From: a virus
IMG/VR virus record: IMGVR_UViG_3300044714_000074
Coordinates: 1-64,000 of that record
Strand: one strand, 5' to 3'
DNA length: 64,000 bases
Shown here: piece after piece, positions 7,780-16,982 of the stretch
Numbering within the stretch: the stretch's first letter is position 1
How the letters are laid out: the number at the start of each line of letters is the position of its first letter
Notes under the pieces: model-generated
Seen by the model: the letters and a program-made list of their open reading frames with translations, nothing else
What the model was told of the DNA's origin: nothing
Databases searched by the model: none
Position numbers and translations under genes: made by a program

Positions 7780-9554
7780 ACGTGGAAAAGATCATAGACG
7801 TCGCCTTCGCGCAGCACACCGCGATCGTCGGCAAGACCGGAGCCGGTAAAACCTCTACCGAGAAACTGGCCGTCGAGCACGTCGTCGAGCGCGGCGCCCG
7901 CGTCTGCGTCCTCGACACCATCAAGTCGGACTGGTGGGGCATCACGTCGAGCGCCAGCGGCAAGCGGGCCGGCCTGCCGTTCAAGATTCTCGGCGGTCCG
8001 CGCGGCCACGTCCCGCTGCACTCCAACGCCGGCAAGGTGATCGGCCAACTCGTCGCCACCGGGAAGCTGCCGCTGTCGATCGTCGACATGGCCGACTTCG
8101 AGGCCGGCGGCGTGCAGCGGTTCTTCGTCGACTTCGCGCAGTCGCTTTTCCGCAACATGCGCGGCGTCGTCTATCTGGTGATCGAGGAGGCGCACGAGGT
8201 CGCCCCGAAGGAGCGCGCCGGCTTTGGTGCCGAGAACCTTTCGATCCATTGGGCGAAGAAGTTGGCGACCGGCGGCCGATCGAAGGGCATCCGCTTGGTC
8301 GTCGCCACGCAGCGCGTTCAGTCGCTCCACAACGCCGTGCTCGGAAGCTGCGAGACCTTGATCGCTCATCGGTTGACGACGCCGGCCGACCAGGAGCCGG
8401 TTCTGAAGTGGCTCAAGGCGAACGCCGACAAGGAGACGCAGGCCAAGGTCGCCGAGTCGCTTTCGTCGCTCCCGACCGGCACCGGCTACGTCTGCTCCGG
8501 CGAGGCGCAAATCTTCGAGCGCGTCGAGTTCCCGAAGTTCAAGACCTACGACAATTCCAGGACGCCGACGGGAGAAGAAGCCGACGTCGACGTCGCAACC
8601 GCTCCGGTCGATCAGGACGAACTGCGCTCCATCATCGGCGATGCCGTTGCCGCTGCGGAGGCCGACGATCCGAAGGTGCTGCGGAAGAAGCTGGCCGACA
8701 AGGACAAGGAGATCGGCACCCTCCGGAGCGAGCTGGCGCAGAAGCTGGCCGCGCCGGTCGCCGATCCCGACGCGGAGTTGGCGGTCGAGAAGCGCGGCTT
8801 CGAGCAGGCCGAGAAGAAGCTGACCGCCGCGATGCGGCGCGAGCTCGGTCGCAAACTGAAGGAAGGCCTGGCGATCATGCGGCGCCACGCCGCCGACGCG
8901 CTGGACCGGATCGACGAGGAGATGAAGGAGATCGACGCGAAGGACGCCGAGTTGGCGGTCGCCTTTGCGCCGGCCGCAACGGTTCGGCCAGTGGTGCGTC
9001 AAACGATCAGCCCCGCGCAACAGATGACCGCTCCGGTGCAACGAAAGCCCGTCCAGGCGAAACCCGGTGCCGCGAACGGCCACGGCATCGAGCGTCCGCT
9101 GCAGGTCATCATCGACGCGATTCGCTGGTGGAACGTCATGGGCATCCCGGCGCCTAGCCATCCGCAGGTCGGCTTCGTTGCCGGCTATTCGCACAAGTCC
9201 GGGACCTGGGCGACCTATCTCAGCCGCCTCCGCTCCGCCGGCCTGATCGAAGGCCGCGGCGATCTCATGCTGACGGAGCAGGGCGCCGCCGCCGCCAACG
9301 AACCCGCCGCGCCGCCGTCCGGCGAGCAGCTGCGCGCCACCGTCATCGGCAAGGTCGACGGATCGCTGGCGAAAATCCTGACGCCGATCCTCGACGCTTA
9401 TCCCGGCGGCTTGACCCACGAGGCCGCCGGTGCGGCCGCCGGCTACAGTCCGGCGTCGGGGACGTGGGCAACCTACTTGAGCCGACTGCGGTCGCTCGAA
9501 TTAATCGAGGGGCGCGGCGAACTCAAAGCGCAGGACTGGCTATTTCCGTTTTAA
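7776..9554 (+). CDS. HerA/DUF87-family P-loop ATPase with coiled coil and two C-terminal wHTH repeats
   Basis: Walker A GKTGAGKT, Walker B LVIEEAHE, GRSKGIRLVVATQR; repeated GYSxxSGTWATYLSRLRS. Confidence 0.85.
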   Translation: MNVEKIIDVAFAQHTAIVGKTGAGKTSTEKLAVEHVVERGARVCVLDTIKSDWWGITSSASGKRAGLPFKILGGPRGHVPLHSNAGKVIGQLVATGKLPLSIVDMADFEAGGVQRFFVDFAQSLFRNMRGVVYLVIEEAHEVAPKERAGFGAENLSIHWAKKLATGGRSKGIRLVVATQRVQSLHNAVLGSCETLIAHRLTTPADQEPVLKWLKANADKETQAKVAESLSSLPTGTGYVCSGEAQIFERVEFPKFKTYDNSRTPTGEEADVDVATAPVDQDELRSIIGDAVAAAEADDPKVLRKKLADKDKEIGTLRSELAQKLAAPVADPDAELAVEKRGFEQAEKKLTAAMRRELGRKLKEGLAIMRRHAADALDRIDEEMKEIDAKDAELAVAFAPAATVRPVVRQTISPAQQMTAPVQRKPVQAKPGAANGHGIERPLQVIIDAIRWWNVMGIPAPSHPQVGFVAGYSHKSGTWATYLSRLRSAGLIEGRGDLMLTEQGAAAANEPAAPPSGEQLRATVIGKVDGSLAKILTPILDAYPGGLTHEAAGAAAGYSPASGTWATYLSRLRSLELIEGRGELKAQDWLFPF

Positions 9555-9568
9555 CAGGGAGAACGACG

Positions 9569-9931
9569 ATGACGGAAGAACAACTGCTTGAGCGACTCCT
9601 CGTCGAGGCGACCTACAACGGCCGCATCATGAAGGAGCGGGACGACGCGCTCGCCACGATGGAGAACGCCGGGAAGGCGCTCGCCGCGACGCAAGAGAAG
9701 CTGAAGCACGAGACGCACGATCTCAACAACGCGCGGCAGGCGCTCCGCATCTCCGACGAGGCGCGGCGGCGGGCCTATCACGCGCTGATCGAGCTTCTCG
9801 ACGCGGCGACGAATTATCGAGCGGCCGTTAGCGGGAAGCGGAGCCGCGCGGAGCGCGTCAAGATCGCGCTGGTTCTCCACAACAAGATCGAGGCCGCGCA
9901 AGAGGTCTACAACGAAGAAGTTCCTTTTTAG
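9569..9931 (+). CDS. coiled-coil hypothetical protein
   Basis: ACAGGGAG RBS; C-terminal EEVPF. Confidence 0.65.
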   Translation: MTEEQLLERLLVEATYNGRIMKERDDALATMENAGKALAATQEKLKHETHDLNNARQALRISDEARRRAYHALIELLDAATNYRAAVSGKRSRAERVKIALVLHNKIEAAQEVYNEEVPF

Positions 9932-9939
9932 GTGCGCCG

Positions 9940-10551
9940 ATGGCGAGGTTATACCGGCCGCACGTCCCGCTGAGCGTCCGCTGTCAGGTGGCGGAGCGGC
10001 AAGCCATGGAGGCTCCGTCGCTCCGCACCGGATTTTACCTGACGGTCGACTGGTCGGGTCACCAAGCGAAACGGCTGGAATGCCTGCTCGGAATACTCGC
10101 GACGCGCTTCGGCTGCGAAGTCAAGGATCTTCGCCTCGACCACAACCCGGCGCTCGCGACCCGGATGAAGCGTAGCCACTTCAACGGCAAGAAGTGGATC
10201 GCGTTCTACTCGCCAGACGCCAACGATCCGAACTATCTGGTCTACCGCGAGAAGCACGATCACCACATCAAGACGAACGTGCGCGGTGACGGCGCTCAGC
10301 ATCCGGACCGCGTCCTAATCAAGCGGGAGCGGAGGCGGCAGAGGGCCGAATCGATTCCTCCGAGGAAAGCAAGCGGATTCCAGAAAAGACGGTCCGGGTT
10401 CAAGCGCAACTTCACTTTAGGCGTCAATAAATCGAAGCCGAAACTGAAGTCGAGGTCGTTCCAGCAGATGAGATGCGCGATCGGCGCGCGGTGCTTCTGC
10501 GACCGGCAAAGGCGCAAGCGCTGCGGCAACTACAGGCAGGTGGGAAAATGA
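9940..10551 (+). CDS. HNH-like nuclease with basic tail
   Basis: LRLDHNPAL...DANDPNYL...HHIKT. Confidence 0.6.
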   Translation: MARLYRPHVPLSVRCQVAERQAMEAPSLRTGFYLTVDWSGHQAKRLECLLGILATRFGCEVKDLRLDHNPALATRMKRSHFNGKKWIAFYSPDANDPNYLVYREKHDHHIKTNVRGDGAQHPDRVLIKRERRRQRAESIPPRKASGFQKRRSGFKRNFTLGVNKSKPKLKSRSFQQMRCAIGARCFCDRQRRKRCGNYRQVGK

Positions 10552-10766
10552 CGACGAAGGCCGAAGACGCCCTCCGCGCGCTCGCGCTCCGGACGCTGGA
10601 GTACGTCGGGATCGAGCCGGACCCCGTTCACGGCGACGTCCTCGACTCCGACGCCGAGATGCGATCGCTCGCGCTCGACGCGCTGAAGATGCTCGGCGTA
10701 GACGCCGCCCACGAGCTGCGGCGCTACCTGCGCCGGAAGAAGATCAGCACCAGGAGGAACGCATGA
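10548..10766 (+). CDS. hypothetical protein
   Basis: ATGA overlap; phage-like codon usage. Confidence 0.55.
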   Translation: MTTKAEDALRALALRTLEYVGIEPDPVHGDVLDSDAEMRSLALDALKMLGVDAAHELRRYLRRKKISTRRNA

Positions 10767-10924
10767 GCCAGAAGATCGGGCCGCGCGAGCAGGCCCTCCG
10801 CGACGCGCGGGAGCGGGAAGCGAAGGCGGCGAAGCCGACCCGCGAGGCCCTGGCTGCGGCGCTCCCGGCGACGTCGGGCGTGAAGCCGAAGAAGCGAAAG
10901 AAGGTCCGCCGTGGCGCTCGATAA
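10763..10924 (+). CDS. small basic protein (53 aa, MSQKIGPREQ...)
   Basis: AGGAGG RBS and ATGA overlap; translated by hand because it is below the ORF-track cutoff. Confidence 0.55.
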   Translation: MSQKIGPREQALRDAREREAKAAKPTREALAAALPATSGVKPKKRKKVRRGAR

Positions 10925-11111
10925 ACAGCGGTACAAATTCCACGCGGCGTTCGGCTATCTTTTTCCGCCGACTTCGCCAACGATGGTGCAAAAATGCTGG
11001 ATGGCGGTGAAGCGGTCTTTGCCATCTGAAGATTTGGACACGCTGATCTCGGCGATGCTCGAAGCCGGCGTAGAAAAGTCGAACAGCGAGAAGCGGAGGA
11101 CGAAGCGATGA
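10911..11111 (+). CDS. hypothetical protein
   Basis: Fills the operon gap. Confidence 0.45.
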   Translation: MALDKQRYKFHAAFGYLFPPTSPTMVQKCWMAVKRSLPSEDLDTLISAMLEAGVEKSNSEKRRTKR

Positions 11112-11362
11112 GCGACGACGACGAGTTCATCGTGGCGGACGCGATCCCTGGTGTCGTTCCGGCGACCGCGTGCCATATGCCGACTCCGGTCTCGCGCGAT
11201 GAGGCGACGATCTATCGGCACTTCCGCGATCTTATCATGCGTGCCCACTGCGCCGACAACCGGCCCTCCCATCGCTGCGCCGGTACGATCAGCATCGACC
11301 GTACTTCGATCACCTTGAACTGTCCGCGCTGCGGGGACGCCCGCAAGATCATCGAATCGTGA
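11108..11362 (+). CDS. zinc-ribbon hypothetical protein
   Basis: HC...HRC...CPRCG. Confidence 0.6.
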   Translation: MSDDDEFIVADAIPGVVPATACHMPTPVSRDEATIYRHFRDLIMRAHCADNRPSHRCAGTISIDRTSITLNCPRCGDARKIIES

Positions 11363-11625
11363 AAACGCAAGCGACGGAGGAAATGATGAAGGCGACGATG
11401 GAAAGCACGGACAGGATCGTCCCGGTGAGGACCGGCGACGGCCGAACGGTCCGGGTGCGCGTGTGGGAAGGCAAGACGGAGCGCGGCGTCCCCTTCGTGG
11501 CGTACATCGCGATGATCCAATGCGCGGTCGAACACGATCAGGCCGAGCTCGAGCGCGATCTCGAAGAGCACAAGCCGCCGACGGCGGAAACGCTGCGCGC
11601 GATCGACGCGAGGTTCATTCTGTGA
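11359..11625 (+). CDS. hypothetical protein
   Basis: RVWEGKTERGVPFVAYI phage family motif. Confidence 0.65.
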   Translation: MKTQATEEMMKATMESTDRIVPVRTGDGRTVRVRVWEGKTERGVPFVAYIAMIQCAVEHDQAELERDLEEHKPPTAETLRAIDARFIL

Positions 11626-11913
11626 CCCCGCGCACCGTCGACGAGATCGTCTCCGCCGTCGCGATCGCGGCCGGCATATCGTCATGGACGATCCGCGACC
11701 TGACCTGCCGGACCTCACCCGGTCGTCGTCGCGCGTCACGTCTGCTTCTACGTCGCCCGCAAGGAGACTAAACTATCGTTCATGAAGATCGCTCACGTCT
11801 TTGGATCGGACGATCACACGCTGACGCTTCACGGATTCAACCGGGTGTCGGTCGCCAAGGCGAACCACGATCCGGAGACGATCCGGCTGCTGCGCAAGGT
11901 CGAAAGGGAATAG
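11622..11913 (+). pseudogene. DnaA C-terminal (domain IV) HTH homologue with a 1-nt frameshift
   Basis: TVDEIVSAVAIAAGIS in one frame, then VVVARHVCFYVARKETKLSFMKIAHVFGSDDHTLTLHG in the +1 frame; total length 292 nt (3n+1). Confidence 0.75.
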
Positions 11914-11915
11914 CG

Positions 11916-12695
11916 ATGGGTGAGAACAGCAAAATCGAATGGACCGACCACACGTTCAATCCCTGGGTCGGATGCACGAAGGTCGGTCCGCCTTGCGACA
12001 ACTGCTATGCCGAGGCGTGGGCCAACCGATGGGGTAAGGTTACGTGGGGTCCGCACGGCGAGCGCAGGCGCACCAGCGATGTAAACTGGAAAGCGCCTCA
12101 TAGGTGGAACGCGGACGCGAAGCGTCTCGGCCGCCGCGCTCGCGTGTTCTGCGCGTCCTTGGCGGACTGGCTCGACAACCAGGTCTCCGACAATTGGCGC
12201 GAAGATTTAGCCTGCCTGATCGAGGCGACGCCGCATCTCGATTGGCTGCTCCTCACGAAGCGGATTCAGAACTTCGGAAAGCACGCGCCGTGGCACGACG
12301 ATGATATTCCGTCAAACGTCTGGCTTGGGATCACATGCGGCGATCAAGGCGAGTTCGATCGAGATTGGTGGCGGCTTCGGGCGCTTGAAGCGCCCGTTCG
12401 GTTCATCAGTTACGAACCAGCGCTCGGCCCGCTGCGCGTCGAACACATCGTCGTTGACATTGCTCCCGACTGGATCATCTGTGGCGGAGAGAGCGGCCCG
12501 CGGGCGCGCATGATGGACCCAAGATGGGCCGCCAATCTTCAGCGCGATTGCCGCGACCGGCCGAAGCCGATCGCCTTCTTCATGAAGCAGATGACGGGTA
12601 AGGCGCCGATCCCGCCCGACCTGATGGTCCGGCAATTTCCCGTTGCGGATCGTGCAGCATCATTAGAGGCTGTTCAATGCGGAGAAAAACGATGA
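11916..12695 (+). CDS. DUF5131 (phage Gp37/Gp68) protein, copy 1
   Basis: SKIEWTDHTFNPWVGC..V...CDNCYAE, VFCASLAD, LLTKR, GGESG, FFMKQ. Confidence 0.92.
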   Translation: MGENSKIEWTDHTFNPWVGCTKVGPPCDNCYAEAWANRWGKVTWGPHGERRRTSDVNWKAPHRWNADAKRLGRRARVFCASLADWLDNQVSDNWREDLACLIEATPHLDWLLLTKRIQNFGKHAPWHDDDIPSNVWLGITCGDQGEFDRDWWRLRALEAPVRFISYEPALGPLRVEHIVVDIAPDWIICGGESGPRARMMDPRWAANLQRDCRDRPKPIAFFMKQMTGKAPIPPDLMVRQFPVADRAASLEAVQCGEKR

Positions 12696-13588
12696 AACCA
12701 CTTTGCATCTACCACGGCGGGTGCGACGACGGATTTGCGGCGGCGTGGTGCGTCCGCGCTGGTATGGGCGAGGAAGTCGAGTTTTATCCTGGCGTCTATC
12801 AGAAAGAGCCGCCGCCACATGAAGGCCGAGACGTGCTCTTTGTCGATTTCAGCTACAAGCGGCCCGTGCTTAACGCCATGGCCGAGCGCGCCAGTTCAAT
12901 CCTGATCCTGGACCACCACAAAACCGCCCAAGAGGATTTGGCGGACGTTGCCGAAGCGCCACGCCTAGTTGATTGGCGCAGCGCGGCCAAGATTGATGGA
13001 AGCGGCAATAAGATGTTCGCGCTGTTCGATATGGAGCGCAGCGGTGCGGCCCTCGCTTGGGACTATTTCATCGGCGACGGGAGTTCGGCAGGATGGTCGC
13101 CTGCCACGGCCAAACACTACCGGAAATTCATCGACTACATCCAGGACCGTGATCTATGGCGCAAGCAATTGCCATGCGGCGATGAATTTACGATTGCCTT
13201 GAGGTCATACCCGCAAGAGTTTTCCGTGTGGGACGGTCTTGTTGTGAAAGGGCCACAAGAACTGATTATGGAAGGCCGCTCTATCCAGCGTTACTATCGG
13301 CTTCGCGTTGATGAATTGAAGCGCGCTGCATACTCGGCAGAGCTTGGCGGCGCCGGCTGCTGGATTGCTAACGCACCGTATTTTGCCGCGAGCGAAGTTG
13401 CTGGCGAACTCTCTGAGCATACCGGCTTCGGCGCCTGCTATTTCGAGGTTGAGGCCGGGCGCTTTCAATACTCGCTACGTTCACGCGGCGATTTCGACGT
13501 GAGCGCGATTGCGCGAAAGTTTGGCGGCGGCGGACACAAAAATGCTTCCGGCTTTTGGAGCCAAGGGACCGTACATATTCCGCATTGA
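12692..13588 (+). CDS. DHH/DHHA1 phosphoesterase
   Basis: YHGGCDDG, VDFS, LDHHKT, DRDLW, SLRS, GGGGH. Confidence 0.92.
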   Translation: MKPLCIYHGGCDDGFAAAWCVRAGMGEEVEFYPGVYQKEPPPHEGRDVLFVDFSYKRPVLNAMAERASSILILDHHKTAQEDLADVAEAPRLVDWRSAAKIDGSGNKMFALFDMERSGAALAWDYFIGDGSSAGWSPATAKHYRKFIDYIQDRDLWRKQLPCGDEFTIALRSYPQEFSVWDGLVVKGPQELIMEGRSIQRYYRLRVDELKRAAYSAELGGAGCWIANAPYFAASEVAGELSEHTGFGACYFEVEAGRFQYSLRSRGDFDVSAIARKFGGGGHKNASGFWSQGTVHIPH

Positions 13589-13719
13589 AAAGACCTTAAC
13601 GGACGGCGCCCCTGAAACGGGGACGGGCGCCGACCTTTCGGCCGACGCCCGCAGGGCAAATGACACTCTGACGCAACAAGCCGCCGATATAGGCGAGCGA
13701 GCGGATCGACACAAGAACG

Positions 13720-13786
13720 AAAAAGGCCGCCCACGAGGAGCGGCCCAAGTTTGGGGGGATAGACCGTCCCCACAAAGGAGGACACT
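13720..13786 (-). ncRNA. suhB/MmgR (alpha-r8)-like small RNA, also forming an intrinsic terminator
   Basis: Minus strand AGTGTCCTCCTTTGTGGGGAC-GGTCTATCCCCCCAAACTTGGGCCGC-TCCTCGTGG-GCGGCC-TTTTT: anti-SD CCTCC, C-rich linker, ACTTGG, then terminator. Confidence 0.55.
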
Positions 13787-13900
13787 TGTCTCCTATATCA
13801 TCAGGTGGTTGGTCCGCGCTAGCAGCCTTTGCAAATCGACGGCGACGGCGACCAGTCCGGAGGAATGGGCGGGACTTGGCTCGGCGCCATCCGGTCGCAA

Positions 13901-14365
13901 TCAATCATGTTGCTGCAACGACCCGAGATGAAAGGGGCGGCCTAAGCCGAGCCCCGTACCGCCTCCGATGAGGGCATCGCCGGCAATCAGGATCAGCGCG
14001 ATCAAAGCCACGACTGTGATGATGAATCGAATCGCTTCAACGATCGGTGCGCCGATTCCCATGTTGGCGGCGAGCCAATTCAAGAACAGATCGACAAGGT
14101 AGAGGACGACGATCAGCACCAGAACGCCGACCGCAAAGATCACGATCGATTCCGGTGATGCCGCCAGGCCGGCGCCGCCGAAGCCAAGGACGCCGGCGAC
14201 CGCGAGAACGAACGCGATGAGGATCAGGCAGCCGATCACGACCTTCGCTATCTTGGCGAGGAAGGGGTCCTTGGCGACCCTGTCGATCGTGAGGAAGAAG
14301 ATGAAGCCGATCGCAAATAGCACGATGATGCTGATAAGGAAACCCAACAGCGATGATCCGTTCAT
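13901..14365 (-). CDS. four-TM membrane protein with internal duplication
   Basis: Two similar TM hairpins; GGAGG RBS; last gene of the late operon. Confidence 0.75.
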   Translation of the reverse strand: MNGSSLLGFLISIIVLFAIGFIFFLTIDRVAKDPFLAKIAKVVIGCLILIAFVLAVAGVLGFGGAGLAASPESIVIFAVGVLVLIVVLYLVDLFLNWLAANMGIGAPIVEAIRFIITVVALIALILIAGDALIGGGTGLGLGRPFHLGSLQQHD

Positions 14366-14558
14366 GTCGCAATCCTCCGGCCCTGAGCAATTTTGACCAG
14401 ACGATTAGGCTGGCGGGGCGCGACATGGAAACATGCCAGAGACGGAATCGTTCCAGACCTACGCCGACGAGGCCATGACCGCCGCGCGCGACGCGCGAAG
14501 CGACGAGGAACTGCTCCGCTTGCTCGAGCTGGCGGTCGTGTGGAGGCGGGCGGCGGCC

Positions 14559-14996
14559 TTAGAACGGACGATGACGGCGCGCGCCGAGAGGACCGGCACC
14601 GGCGAGCGGGGCATGATCCACCATCTTGTCATGGATGAGCCGCCACGCGCCGCTCCAGGTATTGTCGGCCGAGATCGCCGGAGCCATCAGGTGACGGACC
14701 CCAGAGATCAGAGTGGCGACCAGGAAGGCGACGAAGAGGATCAGCACCGGTCCCGGCGGTGTCCAAGAGAACGAAACGATGTAGGCCGCGGCGTAGGCGG
14801 CCGAGATGCTCAACGCGCAGAGGAAGAGCCGCTGCGCCCCGCGCAGCAGCGCCAGCGGGCAACGAAAGCCGGCCCCGGTCGTCACCGCGAAGGCGAGAAA
14901 GAAGATGATCAACGCCGACGATGCCAAGGTCCAGACCGCGGCGCAGCGGATCGTCTCCTGGCTGAAATAGGGAGCCACGATGTCGAACATGCTCAT
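14559..14996 (-). CDS. three-TM membrane protein
   Basis: Hydrophobic segments; ATGA overlap with the upstream ORF. Confidence 0.65.
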   Translation of the reverse strand: MSMFDIVAPYFSQETIRCAAVWTLASSALIIFFLAFAVTTGAGFRCPLALLRGAQRLFLCALSISAAYAAAYIVSFSWTPPGPVLILFVAFLVATLISGVRHLMAPAISADNTWSGAWRLIHDKMVDHAPLAGAGPLGARRHRPF

Positions 14997-15301
14997 TCTC
15001 CTGGTTCCACTTTGGCGGCCGACCATTTGAGCCGGCTCGCCGCCACCCGGATGCCGGTGATGATGGGAAGCCCCGCGGCACCGACCGCGAACGTTGCAAA
15101 GCCGCTCGGCTTGAAGCCGAGAAGCGGCGGCAGTACCGGGCCGCCGTAGGAACCGACACCGGTGCCGACGACGATGGAACTCACCACCCCGAGCACTGTC
15201 GGCCTCGATCCCTGGGTCGCGAAGGCGGCGCAGACGCCGCCGGTAAACGCCGCGAAGACGTCCGACGGGTTGACCCCGATGTGGAGGAGAAACGCTTCCA
15301 T
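14993..15301 (-). CDS. putative holin-like membrane protein
   Basis: Small, Gly-rich TM segments, charged C-terminus, lysis context. Confidence 0.5.
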   Translation of the reverse strand: MEAFLLHIGVNPSDVFAAFTGGVCAAFATQGSRPTVLGVVSSIVVGTGVGSYGGPVLPPLLGFKPSGFATFAVGAAGLPIITGIRVAASRLKWSAAKVEPGE

Positions 15302-15376
15302 GGCTTCATCGTTCCTCTTTTGCGTTGATAGTTTCTACCCAACGAACGGCAACGCCCGTCTGTATAGTGTCATCTT

Positions 15377-15838
15377 TTAGGGCGGAAGCGGCGAATTTTT
15401 TCTAACACCGGAATTGTTGTTGTCGATGATGATCAGGGCCGCGGCGATCTGGCGATTGATGTCGGTGATCTGAGACTGAATCTGGTCGATCTCTTTGGCG
15501 ACGGCCGAGTTCGTCGCGTCCGCAGTCTTCTGGTCGACCGGATCATGAGGAACTCTGGCTATCAGATTTTTGAGATCTTGCTCAAGGATCGTGACCCTTG
15601 CCTTGAGATCGTCGGTTTCATCCCGCGCCGCATAATCGTGCTGCTGGCGTATGAGATCGCCGCGAATTTCGTCGGTAATCTTGTTGACGTTGGTGAACTC
15701 GGTCTGGGTGACCACCCATTGGGCGGACACCATGAGCCCGACGAGCGCCGCCGCCGCCGCGATGTTCTGCCAGGAAATATCCTGGTTACCCGCCGGCACC
15801 GCTCCCTCCGGAAGCGAGCGCATGTACCGCGGCCACAT
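15377..15838 (-). CDS. TM-anchored coiled-coil protein (possible i-spanin)
   Basis: N-terminal TM segment followed by a long coiled coil. Confidence 0.45.
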   Translation of the reverse strand: MWPRYMRSLPEGAVPAGNQDISWQNIAAAAALVGLMVSAQWVVTQTEFTNVNKITDEIRGDLIRQQHDYAARDETDDLKARVTILEQDLKNLIARVPHDPVDQKTADATNSAVAKEIDQIQSQITDINRQIAAALIIIDNNNSGVRKNSPLPP

Positions 15839-16481
15839 AGTTTTTCACGTTGTGGCAGGCGAACGCATCAATCATCGGCGTGCCGAACTGCGTCAGCGGA
15901 ACCTGCTGGTAGGGAAAGTCCGGCAGCGTGAACGGAACCTGCGGCACCGGATCGTCGCCATACTTGTAGGCCGTCGTTGGGACCGACGTTGCGATCGCGA
16001 CAAACTTGGCACCCCCTACCCGCGGCGGCGCGAACAGCGCGACCTTGGCGGGCGGTGTACCATCAAGCACGAACTCCGCGGCCAGCCGCTCGGCGATCGC
16101 CGCGCCGAGGCTGTGCCCCGTGACGGCGAACGGCCCCTTGGCGGCGATCGGGGCCAGCTTCGTCAGGACAATCATCGCTGATGCGTCGAATCCGGCGTGC
16201 ACGAGCCCGAGCTGCGGGTGCTCGATCTTGGGATGGTTCCAGACACCGATGGTGCAGAATAGCTGCGCGACGGGGAGGCTTAGCGCGTTGACGGCGAAAA
16301 AATCGAGCATCCACCCAGGTAAGTTGTGAGTTCCCTCGATCGCGATGATGTTGAAGCCGTCGGGCCGCGTGGTCACGAAGGCGCGAACGGCGTTGTCGAT
16401 GTACTCGACGTAGGGAACGGCGTCCGGCGCGTACGTCGCCGCGCAAAGATCGACCAATTCGCTGTCCGTGGGAAGCTGCAT
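15786..16481 (-). CDS. class 3 lipase (alpha/beta hydrolase)
   Basis: IAIEGT, VHAGF, TGHSLGAA, PPRVG, DPVPQVP, then His; start MQLPTD at 16481. Confidence 0.9.
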   Translation of the reverse strand: MQLPTDSELVDLCAATYAPDAVPYVEYIDNAVRAFVTTRPDGFNIIAIEGTHNLPGWMLDFFAVNALSLPVAQLFCTIGVWNHPKIEHPQLGLVHAGFDASAMIVLTKLAPIAAKGPFAVTGHSLGAAIAERLAAEFVLDGTPPAKVALFAPPRVGGAKFVAIATSVPTTAYKYGDDPVPQVPFTLPDFPYQQVPLTQFGTPMIDAFACHNVKNYVAAVHALASGGSGAGG

Positions 16482-16699
16482 CAACTTTCCCCCGCCTGGG
16501 TCAGCGCGTTGTGAGCATCGGCGACGACGCGGCGATGAACGGTCACCATGTCGAGGAAGAGCCCGGCGTCGAACTGCTTGATGGCCTCGTCGATCGGCTC
16601 GCCGCCGGTGACCTTCGCCCAAGCCGCCGCGTAGAGGCCCTTCACCGATTCGGCGAAACCGTCGTCGAGCGCCTTGAGCACATCGTCGTGCAGGCTCAT
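16481..16699 (-). CDS. hypothetical protein (MSLHDDVLKA...)
   Basis: Stop-start overlaps on both sides. Confidence 0.55.
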   Translation of the reverse strand: MSLHDDVLKALDDGFAESVKGLYAAAWAKVTGGEPIDEAIKQFDAGLFLDMVTVHRRVVADAHNALTQAGES

Positions 16700-16809
16700 T
16701 GCCGGAGTCCTATCGCCACGCCGATCGCGAATCCGACGAATAGCGCCATCGCGATCTGGAACGCGAGAGCGTTGACGAGTCTGCGCCACCAAGGAAAGCG
16801 TCGGCTCAT
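16696..16809 (-). CDS. small single-TM protein (MSRRFPWW...)
   Basis: ATGA overlaps on both sides; basic N-terminus plus TM. Confidence 0.45.
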   Translation of the reverse strand: MSRRFPWWRRLVNALAFQIAMALFVGFAIGVAIGLRQ

Positions 16810-16979
16810 GGGCGATCCGCATCCCGCATGCAGGCGGCGTAGTAACCGGGCCCATCCCTTCGTGCCATGTCCTTGCAAATGGCCTTCCAGCAGGCGTGAT
16901 CGCACTTGGCGACCGCTGCGCCGGGAATAGCACAGCCGGTCAGGGCGAGGAGGAACGCCAGCGCGACGATCCTGCGCAT
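16806..16979 (-). CDS. small Cys-rich lipoprotein (57 aa)
   Basis: MRRIVALAFLLALTG-C lipobox; translated by hand. Confidence 0.7.
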   Translation of the reverse strand: MRRIVALAFLLALTGCAIPGAAVAKCDHACWKAICKDMARRDGPGYYAACMRDADRP

Positions 16980-16982
16980 GGT

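Noticed and set aside
7689-9419. Long antisense ORF (576 aa) and similar shadows such as 25409-26635, 33810-35267, 48841-50226 and 59539-60681
   Set aside because: Typical high-GC codon-bias shadows of well-supported genes, with no recognisable motifs
14433-15149. Plus-strand 238-aa ORF in the lysis region
   Set aside because: Only the first ~45 codons look protein-like and the rest is antisense to two membrane genes; cannot be supported as a gene
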